Assembly: GCA_019639115.1 (NCBI GenBank)
Contig: JAHBSM010000002.1
Coordinates: 301,425 to 365,424 of the forward strand
DNA: 64,000 nucleotides
Direction: 5' to 3'
From: Acidobacteriota bacterium
GTDB taxonomy: Bacteria; Acidobacteriota; Blastocatellia; Pyrinomonadales; Pyrinomonadaceae
Shown here: one piece after another, positions 9,962 through 18,209 of the stretch
Numbering within the stretch: position 1 is the stretch's first letter
How the letters are laid out: each line of letters opens with the position of its first letter
Notes under the pieces: generated by a model
What the model was told of the DNA's origin: nothing
Databases searched by the model: none
The model's input: the letters and a program-made list of their open reading frames with translations, nothing else
Made by a program: the position numbers and the translations under genes

Positions 9962-10749
9962 TGATTCCGAGCGCATATATCACCCAATGGGCCAATTTTG
10001 TCCCATGGCAGACAAATGAACAGGTCGAGCAGGACCTTGTGATCACACGCGCCATTGTGGAAATCTTTTCGGATGATTTCCTACGCGAACGCCTGGCGTT
10101 TCGCGGCGGCACCGCTCTTCATAAACTTTATTTGAATCCGCAACCTCGGTATTCCGAAGACATCGATCTCGTTCAGATCAAACCCGAACCAATTAAAGAA
10201 ACGCTTGCTCGCCTTCAAAGCAGGCTTGAATTCGTTGGTCCGGCATCTGTGGCTCAGAAGAAAGACAATAATACTCTGCGTTTTCGATTTGAATCGGAAA
10301 TACCTCCGGTCCAACCTTTGAAACTAAAAGTCGAAATAAACTGCCGCGAACATTTTAACGTGATGGGCTTGCAGGAGTTTCCCTTTGCAACGGAATCTGA
10401 CTGGTTTAGTGGAAGTATTGATATTGTCACGTACAGGATCGAAGAGCTTCTCGGAACAAAGCTTAGGGCTCTGTATCAGCGTCGCAAAGGGCGCGACCTC
10501 TACGATCTTTACAAGGCGTATCAAGAGCAACGGCCTGATTCCGAAAAGATCATTGAAGTTTATCGAAAGTATATCGCTTTTTCCGTAGACAATCCGCCAA
10601 CAAGAAAACAGTTTCTCCGGAACCTCGAAACCAAGATGCAGGACGACGAGTTCCTCGGCGATACACGGGCGCTATTGAGACCTACGGAACACTATGATGC
10701 CCATAAGGCCTTTAATTTCATAAAGGATGAACTAATTGAAAAGCTCTAG
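9961..10749 (+). CDS. abiEii: AbiEii/AbiGii-family nucleotidyltransferase toxin
   Basis: 262 aa with FRGGTALHKLYL...RYSEDIDL (NTase G-x-x and DxD-type motifs characteristic of AbiEii); paired with abiEi. Confidence 0.8.
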   Translation: MIPSAYITQWANFVPWQTNEQVEQDLVITRAIVEIFSDDFLRERLAFRGGTALHKLYLNPQPRYSEDIDLVQIKPEPIKETLARLQSRLEFVGPASVAQKKDNNTLRFRFESEIPPVQPLKLKVEINCREHFNVMGLQEFPFATESDWFSGSIDIVTYRIEELLGTKLRALYQRRKGRDLYDLYKAYQEQRPDSEKIIEVYRKYIAFSVDNPPTRKQFLRNLETKMQDDEFLGDTRALLRPTEHYDAHKAFNFIKDELIEKL

Positions 10750-10790
10750 GCTTCTGGTTTGCCAATCAGGTAAATCGAGGCTTACTTAGG

Positions 10791-13076
10791 CTACCGAATA
10801 CGCTCGGACGTAGTTTGAAAATGGTCATCCCGACTTCTAACGCCTGCGGACACCGAACGCGTGGAGAATGGAAAACGATCTTTGGATAGCTCCTTGTCAC
10901 TAAATGGATTAACAATGCTGCTGAGTTCGGAAGTTAGCAATTGTCTCGCGTCGTTATTCGCACTTCTTGCTCCAACTAAACTCAAATGATCGTCTAGGAT
11001 CATATTGGTTCGTTCCTGAACAAACTTCGGATCGGCGTTTGCGAGTGACAATTCGAGCAGCTCGGTTTTCAGCGCTGCTTGAAGCTTGCCTGGTTGGAGA
11101 TCGGGCGTGGATTGGTTAGTTCCTTCGATGACGGGACCTTTCGATTCTTGGGCGGTCAGTCTGGCCGTTGTATCTAGCTTTTCCTTCTGCTCGGTCGCTA
11201 CTTGATAAACAAAATCCCTTTCGGCAGGCGGCAGTTTGCTGTAAAGTTCGCTGTGGTCGAAGTTGTTTTTGAAGCGGAGTTCCTCATTCGGGGTTTTGAG
11301 ACTCTGTAGAAAATGCTTTGTTGCTGATAAGGAATCGTTCAGGTACTTTCTTTCCATTCGAGATTCCAGACTTTCGATCAATTGCTGGGCCTCTGGGCTG
11401 GGTGCGATCTCGCCTTTTTTCAAAGCCTCAGTTCTGGCTTTTGTTGTCTCGCGGTCACCCGAATAGTTTAGTTTCGCTACGATCATTTCGGATGTGTAGT
11501 GCCGAGGCGACTGTTCGGTAAACAACATTTGCATCTCCTTCTGTGTCAGAGACGGAAGGTTCTTAGCGTCTCGATTCTGGGCATTCTGTAGCCTTTGAAG
11601 CCCAACAGAGGCATTCTCAATCCGTATCCTTGATGACGCTTCGATAACTTCCTCACGCGACTGACAGCGATCTAACATCTGTGCGTAGTCTCGATACCGT
11701 TCGTTAAAATGTCGAAGTCTCGTTTCAGGTTGATTTAGTTGGTGCTCAAGGTACGCAGATGCTAATCGAAGGTCCTCGTAATTTAGCTCCTTTCCTTTCA
11801 CATCGTTCTCGATCGGTTTATCAGCTTTTGCCTTAAACAGCTTGAAAATTATGGAGGGCGAAATACCATTCTCCAGGGCATCGTCCAGTGCCGGAAATTT
11901 GACCTCGGCCCAGTGTTTTATGTCTTCTACGGAGATTTCGGAAGCGAGCAGCGTCAGGCCTTTACTCTCAAGTTCGATGCGCTCAAACCCGAGAGTACTA
12001 TTAACGTGTTCAGAATCTCGTTCCGTTGCAAGATGCTCGATGGTTTCACTAGGTTCTTCGACCGATCCTCGAAATTGATGTTCCGTATCGTGGAGATCAG
12101 GCTCGAGAAACTGCTCATACTGGATCGAACGGTCAGTTGGTTCGAGCTTCTCCATCTCACCCGCAACAATTGCGATTTCTGCTAGAGTCCGATCGAATCG
12201 CTCTGTCGTCGATTCTGCTTTCGACTGATCGCGATCCCGATCCAAAAACTCTCGTTTCCCGTCCAGCGCGTCGTAGATCCAACGAAAGACCTTTGCCTCG
12301 GTCTCTCGATCTGCATTGCTGCCGGCGATGGCTTTTCCATAGTCAAGGATCTGTGGTGCGACTTCACGTGCTTTGTCTGACCCGACCAATGGTTCAAGCC
12401 GCACAACTCCGTAGTTAAGAGTTGCGAGTTGGAGCGGTGATTTTCGATCGTGCGACTCCTTCGGAATTATCAGAACGCCATTTTGAACGGTTCCTCCACG
12501 CTCGTATGTGTCACGGAGAAACTGTGATCTGCTGTTCAAGTACGAAGCGTGCTCGCTCCTGTTGCGGCCATCTGTGTCGTCAAGTTTTGAAAGCTCAAGG
12601 TCTGCTCGACTAACCGAAAGGATCTCGTTGATCGCTCTTTCTGTACGAGGATTAGAAGGATGAAAGTTTGAATCTTGGGTAATCGCATGACGTGAGGCTC
12701 GATTCAGCTCTTTGACATCAATTGCCTTCGCAACTTTCTCAATCGCGAGCTTAACAACATCTGCGTGACACGTCTGCCCTGCCCGACAGAAACACGTGAT
12801 CGAAATCGGCTGTCCGTTCCGGAAGGCATCGCCAAGCAAAACCATACCATCCCTCAGTCCGCCATCATTTTGTTTGTAGCTGTTTCGCAGCCGTTCGGAG
12901 TAAGCGAAAAGTGCGGCTTCGCGACCGCTACCCCGTGGTGCAATTTCGTTCCGGTTGGGTGAAAGAAGCCCCAATTCTGGAGTGCTAATATTCCCGAGAT
13001 CGAGACTCCTGTTTGGAAGCGTAGACTCTGCTTCATTCAAGCGAGCAACTACCTTATTGCTCAGATCATATTTCAT
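10791..13076 (-). CDS. Large hypothetical protein with a DUF4326-like Cys/His N-terminal module
   Basis: 761 aa. GGAGGGG lies upstream of the ATG. N-terminal ISITCFCRAGQTCHADVVKLAIEKV resembles the C-x-C...CH-x-D-V signature I associate with DUF4326. The remaining ~600 aa looks helical with no motif recognised. Confidence 0.5.
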   Translation of the reverse strand: MKYDLSNKVVARLNEAESTLPNRSLDLGNISTPELGLLSPNRNEIAPRGSGREAALFAYSERLRNSYKQNDGGLRDGMVLLGDAFRNGQPISITCFCRAGQTCHADVVKLAIEKVAKAIDVKELNRASRHAITQDSNFHPSNPRTERAINEILSVSRADLELSKLDDTDGRNRSEHASYLNSRSQFLRDTYERGGTVQNGVLIIPKESHDRKSPLQLATLNYGVVRLEPLVGSDKAREVAPQILDYGKAIAGSNADRETEAKVFRWIYDALDGKREFLDRDRDQSKAESTTERFDRTLAEIAIVAGEMEKLEPTDRSIQYEQFLEPDLHDTEHQFRGSVEEPSETIEHLATERDSEHVNSTLGFERIELESKGLTLLASEISVEDIKHWAEVKFPALDDALENGISPSIIFKLFKAKADKPIENDVKGKELNYEDLRLASAYLEHQLNQPETRLRHFNERYRDYAQMLDRCQSREEVIEASSRIRIENASVGLQRLQNAQNRDAKNLPSLTQKEMQMLFTEQSPRHYTSEMIVAKLNYSGDRETTKARTEALKKGEIAPSPEAQQLIESLESRMERKYLNDSLSATKHFLQSLKTPNEELRFKNNFDHSELYSKLPPAERDFVYQVATEQKEKLDTTARLTAQESKGPVIEGTNQSTPDLQPGKLQAALKTELLELSLANADPKFVQERTNMILDDHLSLVGARSANNDARQLLTSELSSIVNPFSDKELSKDRFPFSTRSVSAGVRSRDDHFQTTSERIR

Positions 13077-13189
13077 AATTCGCCCCTCCCCGTTTCGGCT
13101 CGTTGGCTAACCGCCCCCGAAGAAATGGCAAATCATGTGCCTAGAAGTCAGCCAACCAACTATGGTTTGGCTTTCTATACATTTAGATA

Positions 13190-15571
13190 TCAAGTCCGTT
13201 CGATTCCGGTCCTAATACCTCGACCAATCGTCACATCTTCCCTCTCGGGCCATCCTCCTTTTTCATGTGCAGTCGAATCTCGTTCTTCGCCAGACCCTGC
13301 TTTTGTTTTGAGCTTGACGACCGATACTAGAAGCTCCTTGAAGTTCGTTCCATCAATTCCGGCTAAGTGTTTGAGTAGCGAGTTCAGGTGCTTTGCTTCC
13401 CGGCTGCTCGATGTCATCGTGATGCGTTTCTCGATCTCAGTGATCTCGCTTGTTGTGAAGATAGGCTGGTAAGTGAGATCCGCAGCACTACCCAACAGGG
13501 ACAGTTGCTTAAACTCGGAAGCCTCTTTGGCCGCATTCAGCGACAGTTCTTTGGCGGCCGCCACGTCCGCTTTGAGACATCTCTCGCGATCCTTTGCTCG
13601 GTCTTCGATCTGGCGTCTTAAGGTTCGATGATCTTTGCTCTCTAACAGTAGATTCAGTGCTTGGTCAAGAATCGAGCTTTTTCGTGGTAGATCGACATCG
13701 TCGAGACTCAGATAACTCATCGAACCGTTCGATTTGTCCTCGAGCGCAAATCTGTGAAAACGCTTCGAGCTTCGGTAGAAAGCTAGGTCTTCTTTTGTCT
13801 TATTCAGTCCGATATTGCAAAGAATTTCTCTTGCCAATGCGCGGCCCACGATCGCGTGAGAAAGATTCCCGGCTTCGTCGGGGCCGATCTTTCCTTTGGC
13901 TCCATGTTGGCTGGGCACCGCCCCTTGAATCGATGTTCTTTGGAGATTCCAATTGGATGCGTATTCTTTGGGAAATTTGAGTTTTCTTGAGAGTGTGTCA
14001 ATTTCGATGATCTGATCGGCAGAAAACACTGGCTTCACTGTATGCAGGGTGCTGCTTCGATAAAGGACTTCACTCAGAGCCCCAACAATCTTTTGCTCCT
14101 GCCGCATCGATTTGTGCATTTGCAAGGATTGTTCACTCAGAGAACTATTGACCGAATCAAATAGAAAAACTTCCCTTGACTTGGAATTTCGGCTTGAGGG
14201 CTTGTTGGTCAGGTATTCGATTGCCGAGCGAATGCTTTGGAGAACAGAGCGACCATCGTTTTCGATATCATTTTGACGAGCTATCATCGCCAAAGAGACT
14301 GGATCGTTTCCAACCTTCACCTTTCGGTAATACGCGTTGTCTTTGAAGTCCGAGAGCTGCCGCTGATGTAGCTGCATCCTCATTTCAGAAACCGCTTTTT
14401 GTCCAGCGAGAAGTTCAAGATCAGAAACAGTTCTAGGTGCGATTTCTTTCTTGTTCTCAAGGTCGGTTCTAACCTGCTCAAGATAGCGAAATTCTCGCAC
14501 TTTCGTGTTTGCTAGACATTCGCTTTGAATTTCATCGAGTTCTTGCTTATTGAATGCCGGCGTCGGTACTTTTACTCCTCTTTTTCTGTAGTCGGTTCGG
14601 ATCTGATTTGCTTCACCACGAATAGATGCAGTTTCCTCTTTGAGTTTGAAGAATTCCGATTCTTCCCGGGCGAGTATGCTGTTGGTTATCGCTATGATCT
14701 GGCGTGATCGCGGTGTTTTGCTCCAGTCTTCTGAGTTGGTTGCTGATTGCCTTAGCTCTAAGAGCGAGACTCTTAGCGTTATTGCTTTCTCCGGATCCCT
14801 GATCGGAAACTTGAGGCTCTCACGATTTTCGATAAGAAAGGCAATTTTCTCTTCCTTAAATTTGAGTTGATATTCGGCAAGAATACCCCGTCGGAGGATC
14901 TCTCGTTCGCGAATATTTCCGTCGCCCTTTTGAAACTCAATGGCGTCATGTTTTTGTGGAGCATTTCGATTGTGCTGCTTGTCATTGGCATGTTCCCGCG
15001 AAGGTGTCCGTTCCGCAACGAGCTCCTGAAGTTTTTGCTTCGCGGATTCGATCAGAATACCGTCGACAATCCGTTTCTCTCCATCGATAATTTCAAAATG
15101 TGGAAGCGCCTCCCGCGGAATCTTGTTCAGCGATCTACCCTGAAGATCTTTGGTCAGATATTGCTTTTGAATTGCGATATGAACGTGAGGGTTTGCTGTG
15201 TTGCGATGAACGGCGCCTGCCCAGGCAAGCCGCTCGCTTTGGATACTCTTTTCTAGCTGTCCGATGGCAAATCTTGTGACGATTTTTACTTGCCGCTGGC
15301 GTTCCTCATCAGTCGAACCAAGTTGTTGAAAATCCTCCCGTCGAAACGAAAGAACAAGATGGTGAAGTTCGTTGTTTGAGGGACGGCCTTTGCCGCAATT
15401 GGATTTAAGAAAGTTGTTTGCGCTCCTTACCGTAAGATGATCGGTAAATTCGTTAAAAAGTTCACGACCTTTTTCGGGCTCTGCATTCCGGTCGATCTTA
15501 CTGTGCGCTAGATAATGAATGAGACCGCGAGAACTGCCTCTTTTTGATTGAACGCTGGCAATAACTCTCAT
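13190..15571 (-). CDS. Conjugative relaxase (MOB-family nickase)
   Basis: 793 aa. N-terminal relaxase-like block (LIHYLAHSK...) and histidine-triad-like motif HRNTANPHVHIAI. Start overlaps the upstream accessory-gene stop (TAATG). Confidence 0.75.
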   Translation of the reverse strand: MRVIASVQSKRGSSRGLIHYLAHSKIDRNAEPEKGRELFNEFTDHLTVRSANNFLKSNCGKGRPSNNELHHLVLSFRREDFQQLGSTDEERQRQVKIVTRFAIGQLEKSIQSERLAWAGAVHRNTANPHVHIAIQKQYLTKDLQGRSLNKIPREALPHFEIIDGEKRIVDGILIESAKQKLQELVAERTPSREHANDKQHNRNAPQKHDAIEFQKGDGNIREREILRRGILAEYQLKFKEEKIAFLIENRESLKFPIRDPEKAITLRVSLLELRQSATNSEDWSKTPRSRQIIAITNSILAREESEFFKLKEETASIRGEANQIRTDYRKRGVKVPTPAFNKQELDEIQSECLANTKVREFRYLEQVRTDLENKKEIAPRTVSDLELLAGQKAVSEMRMQLHQRQLSDFKDNAYYRKVKVGNDPVSLAMIARQNDIENDGRSVLQSIRSAIEYLTNKPSSRNSKSREVFLFDSVNSSLSEQSLQMHKSMRQEQKIVGALSEVLYRSSTLHTVKPVFSADQIIEIDTLSRKLKFPKEYASNWNLQRTSIQGAVPSQHGAKGKIGPDEAGNLSHAIVGRALAREILCNIGLNKTKEDLAFYRSSKRFHRFALEDKSNGSMSYLSLDDVDLPRKSSILDQALNLLLESKDHRTLRRQIEDRAKDRERCLKADVAAAKELSLNAAKEASEFKQLSLLGSAADLTYQPIFTTSEITEIEKRITMTSSSREAKHLNSLLKHLAGIDGTNFKELLVSVVKLKTKAGSGEERDSTAHEKGGWPEREDVTIGRGIRTGIERT

Positions 15572-16320
15572 TATTCGCTCGCTATTTGATTCGCGGGTTT
15601 AGGCAAGGAATCGATTCGCTGTTTTAGTATTCGTACCTTGGTCGCAAGGTAGCTGTTGTCAAGGGATTCGTTTCCTGAGACGTGCTCGTGGAACAGGAGA
15701 CATTTCTTAAGATCGGACACGGCGTGTTCGATCAGCTCAGCCATTGCAGTAGAGGCGATAACGACACTTTGTTTCCGGTCGTTCGGTGATGATGAAGTGT
15801 ATTCGATGAGCTTTGTGAAAACGAGATTTAGCGAGGAGATCGACATGCTCGACATCGAGTAGATTTCGGTAGTCAGCGAGCTTGCTTGACGTAGCAGTTC
15901 TAGTGCATTTTCGAGTTCCGATTCCATTCGATCAATGCTTTCTCGAATCTCGCCGACGCTGTCGCTTACCGCAAGATCAACCGTCTCGTTCTGGCGGCCG
16001 GTTCGTACAAGCCAATCAAGCTTTTCCTCACAGCGACCCGAAGCAAAATGCTGGTGTCTATCGGTCAAGGCGAAATGGATCATTCGACGGACAATCGCTG
16101 ACTTATTCTCACCGGTTTCAGCTGCGATCTCTTCAAGTTTTTTGTGATCCTCATCATAGGGCCTGACGCTGATCGGCCGTCCCTGCTTTGACTCGATACC
16201 CAACTCGATGTTTTTTACTATTTTCTCTCTGTCTCGCTTTCTCATCTCTCGATTTTTATGGCGGCGTTTTGTCACCAATTCGTCGGTTTGTAATTTCTCC
16301 GACCATTTGGACATGAGCAA
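15571..16320 (-). CDS. Relaxosome accessory / ribbon-helix-helix protein (MobC-like, tentative)
   Basis: 249 aa. Basic N-terminus followed by an RHH-like segment RPISVRPYDEDHKKLEEIAAETGENKSAIVRRMIHFAL. Translationally coupled to the relaxase. Confidence 0.5.
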   Translation of the reverse strand: MLMSKWSEKLQTDELVTKRRHKNREMRKRDREKIVKNIELGIESKQGRPISVRPYDEDHKKLEEIAAETGENKSAIVRRMIHFALTDRHQHFASGRCEEKLDWLVRTGRQNETVDLAVSDSVGEIRESIDRMESELENALELLRQASSLTTEIYSMSSMSISSLNLVFTKLIEYTSSSPNDRKQSVVIASTAMAELIEHAVSDLKKCLLFHEHVSGNESLDNSYLATKVRILKQRIDSLPKPANQIASE

Positions 16321-16348
16321 AATACGTGCCTTTTGCGAGAAATATGGC

Positions 16349-16559
16349 GAGAACTGCGGTTTGTAATTTTGATGACACCGCGTAACCTATTGACAGTGTG
16401 AGGCTTACCCCAATTACAAGGGTTGGTTCTTGGTCTATCCTGTCATACACCTGCCGCTGTAATTTTTGTTTTTTTACGGCCCCCCTCGATCCGCCTCTTT
16501 TTCTACGCCAAAAGCGGTTCGTTTATTCGCCGCCCGTTGCCACAAATACCGCAGTTCTC
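16349..16559. promoter_or_regulatory. Divergent-promoter / candidate oriT-operator region bracketed by an 11-bp inverted repeat
   Basis: GAGAACTGCGG at 16349-16359 and its exact reverse complement CCGCAGTTCTC at 16549-16559. Between them lie TTGTAATT (16361-16368), AATTACAA (16412-16419) and CTGTAATTTTT (16457-16467). Confidence 0.3.
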
Positions 16560-16628
16560 TGCTACGGCACGCCGATTGATTTACCAACCGGGCCAGTAAA
16601 TTCGCCAACTTAAGGAGACCAAATACCA

Positions 16629-16886
16629 ATGAACGATCAGAGCAATATCACCCCCTCTATAAAGCAGAATTTCGAGCGTCCGCTGCTGCAGATAAACCGC
16701 TTGAATTTCGTAAAATTGAACACACGTGTACTCGAAACCACCGAAAGCAAACTGAAACAATATCTTCAGTTCGCGTCCATCAGCATGAATACCGATATCA
16801 CCAATGACGATGTTGTCGAGTACGCGCTAAACCACCTTTTTGAGCGCGATCCGGCATTCAAAAGCTGGCTTAAAACTAGAGGTTAA
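16629..16886 (+). CDS. Small hypothetical protein, possibly RHH/CopG-like
   Basis: 85 aa; AAGGAG about 8 nt upstream of the ATG. C-terminal DVVEYALNHLFERD resembles an RHH helix 2. Confidence 0.45.
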   Translation: MNDQSNITPSIKQNFERPLLQINRLNFVKLNTRVLETTESKLKQYLQFASISMNTDITNDDVVEYALNHLFERDPAFKSWLKTRG

Positions 16887-16897
16887 AAGAATATGAG

Positions 16898-17551
16898 CTA
16901 GGCGGAAAATGCAGAAGGAAGTGTTCCAATCCCATCGAAATTTGCAGCGGGAACGAACGACCGATGAGATGATTTGTATTGGGACAGAATCATTTCAAGC
17001 TTCAGCTCGAATTCGCGGATATCCAACCGATCTGAGCCGTGATACAGAAGCCTGCCCAATTGCTCCATATCAGCTTCTGAAACGTCACAGCGTATTCTTG
17101 CCGTAGCACGGGCTAGACGGTCGGCAACTTCCTGAAACTGCACTCCCGAATGTCCTTTTACCCACCGCCAGGAGACATGATGCCCGTAGCAGGCTTTGAC
17201 TAGACGCGACCAAAACGAGCGGTTTGCGCGCATGTGGTTTCGGCCCATCATCGTATCTATTACATATCTTGAGTCTGACACGATCTCTATACGACAATAT
17301 CTGCGAAGCTGCTCCAACGCATACGTGCATGCAAGGATCTCGGCCTGCTGATTGGTGATCTGTCCCAAATATTTTGAAACCAGTTTTACCTCCAGTCGGT
17401 TGTGATCAAGCATGACCACACCGCAGCCCGCCGACGAGTCGATCGAGCCGTTCCTAATGCATGATGCATCCGCGTAGATCGTCACAAGAGGCGCATATTC
17501 CGCCGTACTCTCTATCCCGCCATTATTCTCAACTAACTTGGTAACGCTCAT
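16898..17551 (-). CDS. RNase H (type 1) domain protein with a ~70-aa C-terminal extension
   Basis: DEDD-like pattern: IYADASC, QQAEILACTYAL, IVSDSRYVI, VKGHSG...EVADRLA. Confidence 0.75.
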   Translation of the reverse strand: MSVTKLVENNGGIESTAEYAPLVTIYADASCIRNGSIDSSAGCGVVMLDHNRLEVKLVSKYLGQITNQQAEILACTYALEQLRRYCRIEIVSDSRYVIDTMMGRNHMRANRSFWSRLVKACYGHHVSWRWVKGHSGVQFQEVADRLARATARIRCDVSEADMEQLGRLLYHGSDRLDIREFELKLEMILSQYKSSHRSFVPAANFDGIGTLPSAFSA

Positions 17552-17630
17552 TGTCCACCTCTCGTTTTTCTCTATAGGAAACTAGGGCACGGCACCGACG
17601 CTATGCCCCAGCTCGTAGAAACAACCTACC

Positions 17631-18074
17631 TCAGAACTGATCAATGAACGGCTCATTGACCGGTGCCTCTGGAACAGCCGTGCCCGTGAATTCGGGAACG
17701 TCCGGCTCGGGGCTGTCAGCAGTAGGTTCCTCGTCCGTTTGGCCGCCCGAACGGTTCGATCCGACAAACTCGAATGAGAAGAGCGAGATCTCGGCACCTG
17801 ATCTGGGCTCGCCCTTATCTGTGCTCCACGGGCTGAACGAGAGCCTGCCGTGAACAAGGAGATGCGTTCCCTTTTTTATATGCTCGGCAAGCGTCTCCGC
17901 AGTCTTGCCAAAGGCAACCACATTGAACCAATGTGTGACCTGCATGCGCCCTTCCGGGCCGTTCTTGAACGAGTTTGAAGCGATCGGAAAGCTCGCGACC
18001 GGGGTGCCCTTTTCCGAATATTTCAGGCTCGCATCGCGGCCCGCATTTCCAAGTATCGAGATATTTGCTGACAT
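17631..18074 (-). CDS. ssb: Single-stranded DNA-binding protein (paralogue 1)
   Basis: ORF 17631-18134; preferred start is the ATG at 18074 giving MSANISILGNAGRD..., parallel to SSB2. The OB-fold pattern includes WFNVVAFGKTAE and GRLSFSPW. C-terminus is ...VNEPFIDQF. Confidence 0.8.
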   Translation of the reverse strand: MSANISILGNAGRDASLKYSEKGTPVASFPIASNSFKNGPEGRMQVTHWFNVVAFGKTAETLAEHIKKGTHLLVHGRLSFSPWSTDKGEPRSGAEISLFSFEFVGSNRSGGQTDEEPTADSPEPDVPEFTGTAVPEAPVNEPFIDQF

Positions 18075-18209
18075 GGTTTTTTCTTGCTCCTTTTTTGGTT
18101 TATTTGTTCTCCGAACGGAACGGCGTTTCGCCATCTGCGAGAGTTTTTCAAGGCGTTCTGCCTAAAATACTGGCCGCCGCTCCTTTCGTTAAATATTGCT
18201 CTTCAATTT

